Below are positions 13,281-28,141 of a stretch of DNA of 64,000 nt, in pieces. Location: contig NW_018408679.1 of the NCBI RefSeq assembly GCF_002113885.1, forward strand, positions 234,324 through 298,323. The letters run 5' to 3'. This DNA comes from Mizuhopecten yessoensis (taxonomy: Eukaryota). A program made the position numbers and the translations under genes. Below the pieces are notes generated by a model. That model did not search any database and was not told the DNA's origin. It saw nothing but the letters and a program-made list of their open reading frames with translations. How positions within the stretch are numbered: position 1 is the first letter of the stretch; each line of letters opens with the position of its first letter.

Positions 13281-16200
13281 GGTTGTCTTTTTAGAACAAA
13301 ATGTATCATGTATTACGACCACAAGTTGTTGTCAGACGTTGGCGTAACAAAACGCGACAGAACTGTAAGGATTTTTCCTTCAGGAGAGAGCTAGAATTAA
13401 ACTGGATCGGACGTTGCTGTTGGTTGCATGAGAAGACCCATGCCATACATACGTCCGTTCCCCTCTAGGCATCACATGGGTGTATAATGTAATCAGTCCG
13501 TTATTGTAAGGATTAGTGCCCTCTTACACGGGTACAGCAGTACAATATTCAGATAAGATGGCCGCTGTCCAAAAGGAATACACGCTTTACATGTCCGAAT
13601 TACTCGTATCATCCTCCGTCTCGAGTGGTCATTACAAGTTAGAACAACGAATCCGTTTTATTCAGAATTTTCTTATAAAATCCGACAGCACCTTTGATAT
13701 AAATATAATTGAGTTAGTAGTTATTTGCTCCCCCCCAAAAAAGTGCACGCACAGACAATGGGGAAATGTCCGAGAATTAGCACCTCGCGAACGATGCGCT
13801 TTGCTCGTCTACTACTGCCGATCGCGGTGTCTATATAACCAACTCCATTCTCGTCAATCTTGAGAGGCGATTCGGATAAATCCGTGTTAGTGATAATGAC
13901 TTTATATAATGTGTGTATTGTAGAGGACTGTCAGCCTGGCTCGCAGACACTCCAAAACGTGGGTTTCAATCATACAGTTGCCATGGCTACAACTCACCGG
14001 AAAATTCCGTTGATGAGACAGAGAAACACATAGAATATTTCACCAAGGGCTTCGTTTGCCTTATAAAACGCAGCATGAAATGAAGAGAACAATTTAATGA
14101 AAATTACTGAACGCGGTACCGCGATTTAGGCTTGTTGATGTTTTGTGGCGAAGTCGTAAAGAATAGTACCGCCAATTTGGTATATTAGGCGACTGAACGG
14201 TAAATGACATCGCCTTGAAAATCGGCAACATTACTTTCCCTTATAAACAACAGTGTGATATTGTCAGTCTTTTCTTTGTTGTAGTAGAGAGATTGTATTG
14301 AATTGGATGAAGTCTCTAGATATATATTTTGAAAGTAGCCCATGGTGTAAGAATAATAAAACGCTGCTCCAACATACGATTCAACAGCATCTTCTATAAA
14401 CGTAGAACCGTTAAATGTCGCACCGAGACAGTCCCGGGCGTTATAATGTAGAAGTGTGGAGATTACATGATCTGTCATTTGAGCGATATCATTTACGTTG
14501 TTGATAGTCAAGGCCGCTGTCAAGTAAATTGCTAGAATTACATAAAATACCAGCGAATTATTTCTATCAATACCGATCTGTTATCTCGATATCAATCAAC
14601 TTTGTTTTCCTCTCGATCCGTTCCCCCTCATCTCCATCTTGTGTTATCAACTAGATTAATCTGACGATAGGCATAGCAACACATACTTAGAAACGTAGGA
14701 ACCTGTACGGGGTCAGAGATCTGACATGGAGCAGTCGCTGAAGGCTGCAAACACGGTCTGCCTTGTCCAATGGGTCCAGCTAATATACAGGTATACACAC
14801 TAACCTCGAATACTGACAGTAATAACCCAACAGAACACACAGAACGCCCAACGAGGCAGATTTTGTGAACAATACAATCCTGTGGTTTGTGTGCAAATAC
14901 GACTCTTCAAAGAAGCATGATGCTCTCTTCAATCATCCAGAGTACATAAAGAAGAATACATAAGTACATTACATACCTCCTGAGTGCCTAACTGATGATT
15001 CTTTTCACTAAATCGATTATTGTGTACATTGACATCATAGCGTATACAAATTTCAACCAAATTATGCATTGCATTTCAGAAATCAAATTGCTTATTTCCA
15101 CTGACAAAACAAATGCATATATATACGTGCATTGCGTGTTGCATGAACTAAACTATATACTGTCAAACTTCATTGTCTATGTACGAGCATATTTGTTATG
15201 GGGACTCACAGCCAAAAACAAGCTAATGATAACACACAAATATAATAGATATAAGTCGGCTATACACCTTGAAGAGAACAACCTTTTTGTAATACGTACA
15301 TGTTTGACTCAAAAGAATTTTCTCTCATTCATCATAAAACATTTCAGATTCTTACCATGTGTTGTTTATCTGTTGAAGTAATATTTAATGCAATACATTC
15401 CTGAAAACAAAGCAAGTAGGTTAATGATAGTTTAGAAATCAAAAAAACAAAATTAACATAGGATGTCTTCAAATCCTATTTATTGAATTAGACATTCAAA
15501 CAACGGGATGATCATTTTTTGTTGACTCATTTCAGATAAATAAACAACACGAGGTAGCTTGATATATTGAATAAGGGAACACACATTATTTCTGATTTAT
15601 CCGTCAGTAAAAGACGGTTCATTGATAGCCAAGCCTAGAATGATATGGATACTTAATCAACGTAACATAGGTCGGTCCTAATTAAGTAAATGGTTGAGTC
15701 ACTGATGTATACCCCTCCTTATCTACTCAGAGATCGATTACAAAACATTCTGACATGTTCTATTTATTCAGAAAGATAGAGGGATGAGTTTGTAGTGATA
15801 AATGCCTTGAATTTGTAAACATCTCGCTGAATATACAAGTGGGTTTTTTTTTTGCAGGGGGTGGGTTGGGTTCAGTTCGCGTTCCAAAACAAACATTTGT
15901 ATAATATTAATACAGATTTATGATAACAAATGAAAATGACGACATGTTTTTTTACACTCAATAATATCTCATTGCTTTTCACTAACACAGATATGCAATA
16001 AAACAGAATATCTAATACTATCTAATGTATCTACCGTAATACAAATAGAACAAAAAGCCGCATGTTATACGGCCTAGGGTAGCAGTGTACAGTATCGTAC
16101 GGTGCCCATGGGTGATATTTTTGTACAATGAATAACCCCTGTACTATTACATGTATCAAAACTTTGGAAAAAAATCAGCTTTAAAATTGGCATATACTTA

Positions 16201-18389
16201 ATGAATTGGACTATGTGGGCTTCACATTTAAAAAAACAAAAATTCGCACTTGGCTTGAGACTACATTTTTGGCTATTTACGAATCTGTGTCTACACAACA
16301 AAAGCTAGCTTTTCATGTAGTCTTTTTTTTGTACTCAGCACATGTGTAAATATTGTGAAAAATCCAGTTTAAGGACCTATGCTAAAACGTGAGTTTCTGC
16401 GACCGAGTAGGTGATATTTAATTTAAGACAGGTTTTAAGAAAAACATTACTACTTGCGTGGGTCAAATGTTGGGTAAAAAATCATGATTTTTAACACTTT
16501 TTGGCGTTTTTTGATGTGGTACCGATGGTTTTTACAAGTCCGAAATCTGGGGAAATCACCGTTTGAAAACAAAATCATTCTTCTAAAGAAAACGTATTCA
16601 AAATGTAGTTTATAAATATATATATGTAGGTGTGATGCGCAGGATGAATCCGCTATCCATGTTTATCCGAGACATGCCTTTTATNAAATATCCATCATAC
16701 CGCAACATACGCGGAAAACAATATTAATCTTCCAGTGAATGCAAACAAATTGTTATCCGGTTAATAACCGAAATACCACCTTTCTCTCCAAACAAATTGT
16801 TATCCGGTTAATAACCGAAATACCCCCTTTTTCTCCAAACAAAGCGCGTGTTTTGAAAGTGTGATATCCTTATTACTGTTGGATTGTATTCGTTAAATAA
16901 GACAGACAATATGTTTTATATTTCAAAGCGAAGTATGTGTTTTGTCGCTGATTTGCACTGGTACCTCATCTTTCAGCAGTGTCCATTCTTGTACTGTTTT
17001 AAGATGTTTGTGCAATTAATATGAACGAACATGAGTAGCAGCTCGGTAGGCCAGATGTAGGTTGTAAGAAGCTAGAACACTTCTACCAGAAATCTGTTTA
17101 CAAATGTAAATGCATGTACGGCCTATATAACAAAATGATGCTAATAACGGTAAGCTTATTTGGTTGGACCGATGTCGATTCATCGTATACAATATGCATG
17201 ATCATGACTTTCGGACAGATGAAGAAGAAAATTAAGAGCATTTATAATACCCAGTTGCTATTCGAGATATGCTGAGGGGAGTCCAGAGAAATGATCATTA
17301 GTACTTCTAAACCTCAAACCTATTGTTGTCGCATTTGTGCCATAACAAAATAGAGTGTGAAGATTTAACCTAAATATGTTGACTTAGTACGAAAAAAATT
17401 AAGACAGCCACTAAACAGTGTACCGTGTATCCTTCATCAAATACAAAGGTTAGAGTCGGGGTGATAAAAGTTGAAATTAGTAAAAAAAAGAGATGATTTT
17501 ACTCTTGAAACGAGCTGATATAACGTCACCATTCCAGATAATGTCAGACACCGATCTTATTTTTTTCATTATGATATGATGCTACTCTCTAACACTGTTT
17601 AGTTGTGAGATGAGGCGCTAGTAGCCTCGGAATACCTCAGTGGTTGTCCTTTTGTGGGAGATGATTTGTCATAATACACATTGTTAGGGAAAACCTTTGT
17701 TTCCCTGCTCCATTGTTCGGGATAGGTCAACAAGGTAATGTCTGACGAACGCGGCGCGTTAATATACGTCTGTATTGTAGATTGACGTGATAGACAGAAA
17801 TAGCAACAGCAGGCATGCGGGGGACATAATTATGATATATTAGTATGTACATTTAAGTACGTATGATCATACAATACTCGGCCTGGGAGTGCTGGACAGA
17901 GGCCGAACTCCTGGTTACAATCGATTTCACTGATATTCAAATATAATCCAAAATTACTCCATACATTTGTGTAGGACAAATTCTACCGCAGTAGGATTTT
18001 ACTTAATTGACAATTTATTGTTTTGTTGTTTTGGGTTGTTTTTTTGTTGTTATTTTTTTGTAATTTGGAAACTATTTGATCGATCAAAAGGATACACATT
18101 CTTTTGAATATGGACATTCAATCCGCTAACTCTTCCTGTAACACGTTGCGACCGTACGCAGAACGTTCATACAAGAAAAGAAAATAGGTAATGGTAATTT
18201 AACCTTGACAAAAATACTGAATTGACCGAGAGAAAAAAGTCCGGACGTTATGTCTGCGTCGAAAATATGAAGGCGGATTGTATCAGACGTTCTCTGACTG
18301 TCATTATATCATATTTGCATCCCTTTTTTTCTTAGTTTATGTTAATCACTCTTGTTGACATTGATGAAAGCGGACAGTAAATCTTATTG

Positions 18390-18530
18390 TAGGGGGAAAC
18401 CGGAGTACAATGTAACCGAAAAAAACCAACGTAGTCGGGCAGGTAACTCGATACCTTTCTACGTGAGATTGTGTACTCAAACCCCGTCCGGTTTGGTGAA
18501 AAGCAAGTGCACTAACTACTGCGCAACCCG
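18390..18530 (-). mobile_element. tRNA-derived SINE (V-SINE-like), degenerate copy
   Basis: GGAAACCGGAGTAC...GTCGGGCAGGTAAC...TTGGTGAAAAGCAAGTGCACTAACTACTGCGC; same layout as the 42586 copy. Confidence 0.7.
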
Positions 18531-19497
18531 CATGGTTTTCAGTCATGTGATGCACAAAATCTAGTATGGCCCTTTACCGAAACAAAGTTAAATTTTAGGA
18601 AAAATAACATGGAGAACGTTATAAACGACGTACCTCTCGTTCAGGCCAATACTTGTTTATTTAGTTTAACTGCTTGTGATATGTTTCCATACATTTGTTA
18701 ACGTGTGTACGATGAAGAAAGGTTTAGATGCGGGGCAAAATCGAATACAGTATCTAAGACACATTTCTTAATTAAGTCACCAGCTCTTTATCAAGTATAA
18801 TTGTTGTATACATCAAATTGCATGTTTCATCCTATTACACTTGCCCGTTGTGCAATGGACAAGAACAATGAGGTCTACGGTTTTAACGAGACACATCCTG
18901 CGGCATCTTCTAAATCCAAGGTTAAATCGAGTAGAATTGCATAAATCTTCTCAACAAATCTGCTCGTTGTATGGGATTCTGTTCACAATGTTTTGCACGT
19001 CCGCCCAACTCGACATGCATTTTCAGATGAAATTGTCGTGTCTGCTTAGACAATACATAAATTGGAGCTGGTTCCGTGACTGTGGTGATTAACGCTCTAG
19101 GCTGTAACTTAACTCGTGGTAGCTTCACAAATTACCTCTCTTCTTAACATATCGTAAACTATATTTCATGTCTTATCCCGTCAGTTGTTCGGGGGTATTT
19201 TCTTTGAAAAGTAAGTCTGAGAACGCGATTACACCTAATGAATGTCGGAGTTTCCAATTCACATGCTGATATGAGCCGGCCGGTATTTCATATACCAGAC
19301 ATATGTTGTCTGCCACAGTATTACGTTCGTGAAATTAAGAAGCGATAGCTGTTTAAATTAGTCTCAATCTGCATGCCTGGAATATGAATTTTTGTGATGA
19401 ATCTATCTTATAAAGTAACCCTTGCCATGTGCCATTAATTCTTGAGCTTATAGCGGACACAATGAATAGCGGCCTTCAAGTGCCTTTGTCCCTGCTG

Positions 19498-20165
19498 GGT
19501 AAGTAAATAAGTAACAGACTAAACTCTGGGTTAATAAACGAGTATTATATATGTTAGAATTAGGGTTAATAAACAGACTAAAATCTGGATTAGTAAATAA
19601 GTAAATAGACTGAAATATTGGTTAGCAAATAAGTAGACAGACCTAACTCAGAGTTGGTAAATAAGAAAACAGACTTAAATCTGGTTAAGTAAATAAGAAA
19701 ACGGACTAAGATATGGGTTAGTAAATAAGTAACAGACTAAACTCTGGGTTAATAAATGAGTATTATATATGTTAGGGTTAGGGTTAATAAACAGACTAAA
19801 ATCTGGATTAGTAAATAAGTAAATAGACTGAAATATTGGTTAGCAAATAAGTAGACAGACCTAACTCAGAGTTGGTAAATAAGAAAACAGACTTAAATCT
19901 GGTTAAGTAAATAAGAAAACGGACTAACATCTGGGTTAGTAAATGAGTAAACAGACTAAACTTTGGGTTAGTAAATAAAAACACAGACAAAAATCGGGGT
20001 TACAATGTAGTAAATGAGTAAACGACTCAAATAGGGGTTACAATGTAGTACATAAGTCTGGGTTAATAAATAAGTAACAGACTAAAATCTGTAATAGTCA
20101 ACTAGCAAACAAACCAAAATAGGGGTTAGAAAATAAATAGACCGACTAAAATGTAGGGTTAGTAA
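19498..20165. repeat. About 31 bp satellite with a 218 bp higher-order repeat
   Basis: Monomer like AGTAAATAAGTAAACAGACTAAAATCTGGGTT; a near-identical block starts at 19509 and again at 19727. Confidence 0.88.
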
Positions 20166-22049
20166 GTATTTAAGCAGATGAAAATACTAGGATAGATAAG
20201 CATTTTATGAAACAGCCGCTGAATTATTTGTTTATACACCGTATTATCTAACAACAGATATGAAAAACACTATAGAAGTTAAGTGTGTGGAAAAATACGT
20301 CCTCGATACTCCAGGGGTTACGCTCACTTTCGCTGTCTGCACCCCTGGAACATGTCATCGCAAAATTGAAGGCTCAGTATGCACCACCTTGAGGATGAGA
20401 CGAGGAGACCAGCTTTATAGTTTTATACACATCAAAGCAATCTCGCGGTCACGTAATGGTAAAAATTGACTGGCTTTGAAGTCGGGTGTCGCTTCTCTGT
20501 AACCTTCACATGAAGGGTATCAGCCAAGCGATTGGGCAAGTGGGTTTTTTTCTACCCGAGACCAATCACACAGATATCTTTGTGCCTTCAATTATGCTAT
20601 GACATATTACAGGTGATGCAGAGAGCGAAAGTAAGCGTAGCAGCTGGATTGTCGAGAATGGGGGAAATAGGAGTGTACGGATGAGGAAAAGTGGCTTGTC
20701 ATGAGCAATTGTTAAACATATCCAATGTGTGTCACGGAATTATCAGTTAAAGCCTGGCAACAGCAGTTCAAAATGGGAACAGTAATAATACTATTTAAAC
20801 AAACAATAAAGAGAGACCCGATGTAGTTATAGAGGTATCATTTTCATGTCAATTAAAACCCATATCGCCAGTGTATCAACTTGGAGGATAAGAGTCCTTC
20901 CTTTCCTTATGTTGAGTTGTGAGATCTGGGATATATTTGTGTAAGTCGGCCATAAGTTATATGAATATATATTCCACTGCAAACCTGCACAGACAATGCA
21001 AGGTTTTGATAGACGATGTCGGAAAGATAAACGATCTCATTCTTAAGTTTATTCGAGGTCAAAAGAGAAACTTAATTTACGAAACAAAAGTTGATAATTT
21101 CTATGAAATTAATTAATAGAGAGGGAATAATCCTTTTGAATTAATTATTTTTGGCACGCGTTTTATGCAATACACCAAAACAAAGTCTAGTCACTAGGAT
21201 TCATAACGGACATACGCGAAACAATCACGTTTTATTGCATCAAATATTTCTTCATGACGTTAAATGACGACCTCCCAAATAAGCAATCGTGGGAAGACTT
21301 CGGGGACCGAGTCATTAACACAAGCGAAGAGAAGATCTATCAGAAAAGAAAGGTTCGTTTTTTTTCGAGCGTCAATCCACAACTGTATGTTAACTCCCTA
21401 TCCTGTCGAAACCTGTTGTTATAGAAACACCGGATATATCCAAACTGCTGTATCTTTCCATAGTGACAGAACCTTTTATGGGCGTTGGAAAAACATGTAA
21501 TGAAACACTTGTTGTTATTGCCCACACTTAATTGCAGGGTGCTACATTATATAAAGGATGCCATACCAGAGATTGTGGTTAGAATTGTGAATTAATGACT
21601 GCGTTAAAATTTAAAATTAGAGTGAAAGGGAAAAGGTTGAAGTTATTCATGGTAAAAGTCTGGTCGATAATCATTTATCAAACTAACAGTGGACAGAAAC
21701 GATAAAACACATTGTAATTTGGAATGGATTGATGAAACAAATGCACACATCGACTTACCAAAACATGCCATAGAAGTCCCATTTTTCATTTTACTTATCA
21801 CGTTCACTATGCCTAGAAGATTCATGTAATGTAAAACACTGTAATTTCATGAAAATGGGGGGATATTATCTATTTATTATCATTCAAGTGTTTTAAACAG
21901 TAAAAAAAGACTTGTTTATAATCATTTATTTTAAAGAAACAATCCTGGACATGTCAGTTAAATTGGTAAAGTCAATGCTCAAGAATTTGATACCGTATAG
22001 GTGTACACATGGAATAACTTATACTGAATCTCGTATATCATTTAATAAT

Positions 22050-22670
22050 GCATAATATTTCATCATAATTCCCATACTAGATTTAATGTTTCGTAATATT
22101 TCATCATGATTCACAGACTAGATTAAATGTAACGTAATATTTCCTCATGATTCACAGACTAGATTAAATTTAACGTAACATTTCCTCATGATTCACAGAC
22201 TAGATTAAATGCAACGTAACATGACTAGATTTAATGTAACTTAATATTTCATCATGATTCATAGACTAGATTTAATGTAACGTAATATTTCATCCTGATT
22301 CACAGACTAGATTTCGAGTTACGTAATATTACGACATGATTCCCATACTAAATTTAATGTTACGTAATATTACGTCATGATTCCCATACTAAATTTAATG
22401 TAGTTATGTCACGTCATGGTTCCCATACTATATTTTATGTTACATAATATTACGTCATGATTCCAATGCCAATTTAATGTTACGTTATGTCACGTCATGG
22501 TTCCCATACTATATTTTATGTTGCATAATATTACGTCATGATTCCAATGCCAATTTAATGTTACGTTATGTCACGTCATGGTTCCCAATACTAGATTTAA
22601 TGTAACGTAAGATAACGTTATGATTCCCATACGAATTTAATGTTGTGTAACATTACGTCTTGATTCCCCG
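22050..22670. repeat. About 41 bp minisatellite, about 15 diverging copies
   Basis: Unit ACTAGATTTAATGTAACGTAATATTTCATCATGATTCACAG; CTAG at 22077, 22118, 22159. Confidence 0.88.
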
Positions 22671-24417
22671 ACCTATATATTGTTGCGTTATACTGTATCA
22701 TGTTCCTGCACAAGAACCTGCTAGAGTATTACATGTCCTCTACATGTACTGTACTTACCAGATCAGTCATGTGTCAAGAAACATCACATCATGATTCTTA
22801 TACCAAATTGATTATTTCCTAACTTAGATCACGATTCCCATTTGTCGCCTTTAACGATAGGCAATGGGCTACGACATGTTTTCTCCTTTCCAGAACATGC
22901 AAAGGTTAACTATATCAAAGCAAACAAGGTTATATAAGATGTCCTACCTCGGTGACAAACATGCCGATTATATATTTTTACGATTTTTATTGTTCGTTTC
23001 CTTAGAATCATCACCCTTACCTTCTATAGGATTTGTTTTTCCTCCACCTAATTCAACCACATGTTCTTCTTTCGATGGGTTTGATAAGTTTCCGTTGTTT
23101 TGTGTATTCGCTTCATGTTTTTAAGTTCTGTTTTACTCTGCATTGTTTCAATGAATCAACCAATTCTGAAGATTTTGAAATGTTCATGTTTTCAAATGGG
23201 TTATGCGAATATGTGACTATATTGACTTAACATCCATATTTAATTGCAATAAACGTGAGAATGTACACTGCATTGAAATTAATCAAGATATAAAAGTAAT
23301 TTGATTAAGATTAAAGTCAATACGTTGCGTTGCTGTGAACGTGCGATGGTAAAACCACTTGATATATAACGTTAGAACATTTGTAACCAACACACAGAAC
23401 TCTTTAGTTTGAAGCAGAAGTCTTCCACAGGAGTTTAAAGTTCAGTGCATAACAATAGGTATAGTTTGTCTTTGTCTCTGAACTCGCTAAATGACAACAA
23501 ACATATAGTATGAGGGTATGTTACGATGGTAACAAAAGCTATCCAAACAAGCTGGTAACGTTTTAATATGATAACAAGGAAAGCATTATATACTTATTAC
23601 GATGCTATTGTCATACAGTGGTGTGACTATTCAACTTGACTAGAAAACGTTAACTTGGATATGTTCCTTGATTGACTTTTGCATCCGATATCGAATCTAT
23701 CTATAAAATGCCATGTCTTTATGAAGAGATTTTTAGATACACGACCACAAGACGAAATTTAAGTAAAAGCAAACTAATTATGAAATATAAGTATGATTTT
23801 AGAGCGTACAGTAGCACGTAGCAATCTAGAACAGGAAATAATTAAATGATACACAACAGATATGATTGGTTGACTCATTCATTAGAATATGAGCCCTCTT
23901 ACATAAGAATATTACATTGTAAAGTGAAATACTAGGAAGATGTATATCTCAGTAGTTTATAAGGATTTTTTTCTTTAAAAATAATCAGAATTCGCTTTAA
24001 ACAAACTCCTCCGGCCATGTATTTGAATGATGTTCCTAGCATCACCGATAAGTCCCAGCAGGACGAAACAGGCTGTTTGATGGTGTTATTCATGTTCGGC
24101 TTACTGTATCTATTTCCAAATCTTAAAGTTGCAATCAACAGTGTGTATGCTACGTCCATCTCCCTGTTCCCGTATATACACATTTATATCAGTAAGATAA
24201 GGTCTATAATTTCTTGAATATGGATTTTGATTTGTGATTTTAGTGATATTATAATGTAGTTTGAAAACTAATACACGTTCTAAGTGAATAAAGAAACCAA
24301 ACCAGCGCCTGATACGATACACAGGACAATAACCAATATTACCTGTCATTTTAAACGTTTTAGCGATTAATTAAAATATCATTTCTATGAAAAGCGTGAG
24401 TTTACTACTGTCCTTTT

Positions 24418-25530
24418 TACCTTCATCTTTACACTTTAAACCTGAGTACCAACAGCTATACACTTTAAACCCAGGTACCAACAGCTATACACTTTAAACC
24501 CGAGTACCAACAGCTATACACTTTAAACCCAAGTACCAACAGCTATACACTTTAAACCTGCGTACTAACAGCTACATACTTTAACCTGAGTTCCAACAGC
24601 TATACACTTTAATCATGCGTACCTTCATCTATTCAATATAAACATGCGTACCTTCATCTATACAATATAAACATGCGTACCTTCATCTTTACAATATAAA
24701 CATGCGTACCTTTATCTATATGATATAAACATGCGTACCTTCATCTATACAATATAAAAATGCGTACCTTCATCTCTACAATATAAACCTGCGTACCTTC
24801 ATCTATACAATATAACCATGCGTACCTTTATCTATACAATATAAACCTGAGTACCTTCATCTCTACAATATAAAAATGCGTACCTTCATCTCTACAATAT
24901 AAACCTGCGTACCTTCATCTAAACAATATAAACATGCGTACCTTTATTTATACAATATAACCATGCGTACCTTCATCTATACAATATAAACCTGCGTACC
25001 TTCATCTAAACAATATAAACATGCGTACCTTTATCTATACAATATAACCATGCGTACCTTCATCTCTACAATATAAAAATGCGTACCTTCATCTCTACAA
25101 TATAAACCTGCGTACCTTCATCTATACAATATAAACATGCGTACCTTTATCTATATAATATAAACATGCGTACCTTCATCTAAACAATATAAAAATGCGT
25201 ACCTTCATCTCTACAATATAAACCTGCGACCTTTATCTATACAATATAACCATGCGTACCTTTATCTATACAATATAACCCTGCGTACCTTTATCTATAC
25301 AATATAACCATGCGTACCTTCATCTATACAATATAAACATGCGTACCTTCATTCATCTATACAATATAAACATGCGTACCTTCATCTCTACAATATAAAC
25401 CTGCTTACCTTCATTTATACAATTTAAACCTGCGACCTTTATCTCTACAATATAACCATGCGTACCTTTATCTATACAATATAACCATGCGTACCTTATA
25501 AACCTGAATACCAACAGCTATACAGTTTAA
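24418..25530. repeat. 29 bp minisatellite, about 38 copies, two variant types
   Basis: CAGCTATACACTTTAAACCCGAGTACCAA at the edges and CATCTATACAATATAAACATGCGTACCTT in the core. Confidence 0.92.
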
Positions 25531-25833
25531 ACGTGTCTGTGTGTACTGTAGGCCTTCCAGTTAACAGTTAGGTTGTTGTGGTATTGCATACAATTGAATT
25601 TTGTACATCTAATGAAATGAAATTTAAATAATTAACTTGGCGTCAAAAAGTCTTGAACAAAATCCGCACTCGAATCCAAAACATAGATTTAAAAAATTGT
25701 CTGTAATTTTAAAATACAAAATACAAGTATATCTGTTCCAAAATAGATTTAGTTGGCATGTCAAACTTTTTATAACAAAAATAGAAACAAGATAGGGGAT
25801 TGAATACTTATTCTGCTCCTGTTATACATTAGG

Positions 25834-26004
25834 CAGTTATTTAATGCCATGGAAAATGTCAAAAATATGTGGACCGAAGTAGTCAAAGTTGATCATGTGT
25901 TATATTGCACGTAGAGGTGCGAGTGCAATATTACACTTGGTCATGTACCAGCTTTGAGGGGCTAATATTTTTGACGTTACATCATTGGAATGCAATAATA
26001 ACTG
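25834..26004. repeat. Degenerate, about 170 bp hairpin element
   Basis: CAGTTAT..GTCAAAAATAT..ATATTGCAC paired with GTGCAATAT..ATATTTTTGAC..ATAACTG. Confidence 0.55.
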
Positions 26005-27518
26005 TTTAATGTATTGGAGATAAAGGAGTTTGCTTTACGAAGTAAGTATGAGTTATATCCAACACACTTTTTATAAATGCTATTGACTCACTTGCAATTT
26101 ACTATTACGGGACTTACTGCCTTTCAGGTGATTTTTTGCCGATACGTACCATTACTAAATGGAACGGTAAATGTTCCAAAGCACCCTAGTAATGTTGATA
26201 TCATCTTATCAAACCGACACATTTAAAAAAGCGTGTGTTCCAAACAATTTAGCCCACTTTACGCTATGGTATTGTTAGGTCATAGTTCCGTCCTTGACAT
26301 CATTTGTCTGCAATTGAGATTTGGTGAAGGAGATTTAAACATTATTACTTTGATAATACGGAGTTGTTGTTTGCATCCAATAGAAACTGTATAAACCGAA
26401 CAGTGGTAGATTTGTAATAAAATCAATACCACTCCTATGTTTTCATCTGACATGAATGGCTGTACTCATTTATCGCGCTATTGATAACATAATCATATCA
26501 ATGCACCCGGTGCACTTGTGCAATCTAAGACGTCAGATGAAAAGATTTGTGAAGTGCTGCCTATATATTTTTCGGTCAAATGACTATTTATCTATACAAT
26601 ATAACTTTTTTTCACCGCATGTACCGATTTTGAACGGGATTATGGAAAATAGAGAAAAAAAGTTTATGAAATATACATGTATATACAACAAAAACATTGT
26701 ATATTGTTATATGCATACCAGATATCTTATTCTGATATCTTACAGCTAAATAACACGATAATTTGATAACATAGCAACATGGTTTAATTTTAAAACTTCA
26801 CTAGCATCGCTGAAACACTTTCGCAATATTTGGAAAAATATTGATAACAATAAGATATTTTTTTTAATGAGTTTTCAGACGCACTGTTTATTAAGGAAAT
26901 AGGAAAATTTCATACAAAATGGAAATTCATTTAAGATGCTACACATAGTGATTTCCGATTGACCTATACCAAGTTAGGTAGAGTCTAGGTATGTCCACTG
27001 CATTATAGTACAGTTATTAGATATTGACTTTAAAATGTCTGAAATTGACTGCTATAGTTGTTTTCGCTGATGGTGATTTTGAGGCATCAAACATATTTTT
27101 ATGATTATTTAATCATTTATGAAATTAGCGATACAGCTGTGTAAGATTGATTTCCCTGAACTTCCTTATCTTATCGGCTTAAACGACTAGCTGATGATAT
27201 ACAACCAACCCAGACTCATCTGGTCGTGCATCTTTAAGATATATGCCACGCATTTGCAAATCACTTTGAAGACAGAAAGGCAATAAGATTGTGTCACCAT
27301 TTCTCAGTGGATTTTTTTTAAATTTGTAGTTATATTGCTTTGAAGTAAAGAAACTTTTCTGCCACAAAAAAAAATATAGGTTGTCAGAATTTTAAGGATT
27401 TTAAATGGAAATGTATGTAAAAAGGAGTGAATTTTGAAGAAAAAAATGAAAGACACAATTTTTTGCAAAATAATGTCAATAACAATGATACTGACATAGA
27501 TTAGTATTGCATTAATGT

Positions 27519-28141
27519 ATATAGAGAATACTACATGGTAAAATCCATATCACATGCCATATCAGCACGAGGACCCAATATCAGACCGAGGACTTTAGCC
27601 CGAGGTCTGATATTGGTTGAGGTGTTTTATTCTGTTTATCATATACTTGAACATAAATTTTGGGCGATCAATTATTTTTCAATTATCAATTACGAACTTC
27701 AATTTCAAGCAATTTTTTACCAAAGATCATCGATAGAAAATGTATATTAGAAAAAAAAAGTGAAATAAATGCCAATTTTAGTGTGTCGGTTGGGAAATCG
27801 CACAGAAACAATACAATACAAATTGAATCATAAATAACGCGAATGCGTTTTCTTTTATTGTTATTATCATAGTTAAACACCACATCACCATCCTATTTGC
27901 CAACGAGTTCAAAATCATCTCACCTTGAGCCGAACGCGACATTTTTTCATAGAATCTCGTCTGCTGCGTACGCATAGAAACGGCACGATAACTCCAGATG
28001 TGTTCCGGACCTAATAGTCACGAGGTGTTCCGAAAATCCTGATATGCATTTTCCGACCGGGCCGGTCTGATATGGGTCACGTGATTTTAGTCGTATCACA
28101 TAGGGCGGGAATTGCGTATTTAGTAGTAAGTATGTGATAAA
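27519..28141. mobile_element. Non-autonomous element with terminal hairpin and TAGTAAGTATGTGATAAA end motif (Crypton-like, inferred)
   Basis: Hairpin CCAATATCAGACC...GGTCTGATATTGG at about 27575-27617; ATAGAGAATA..CATG..CCATATCACA is related to the 57344-57490 hairpin; end motif at 28124-28141. Confidence 0.5.

Noticed and set aside
12280-13394. Plus-strand ORFs of 131, 155 and 87 aa and a minus-strand 67 aa ORF overlapping the GPCR
   Set aside because: Shadow frames of the real CDS with no recognisable motifs.
14185-14580. Minus-strand open frame (LVFYVILAIYLTAALTINNVNDIAQM...) upstream of the GPCR, faintly like an ion-channel M3-linker
   Set aside because: No SYTANLAAF or pore motif, no convincing splice partners, and an in-frame stop just upstream; the resemblance is too weak without a profile search.
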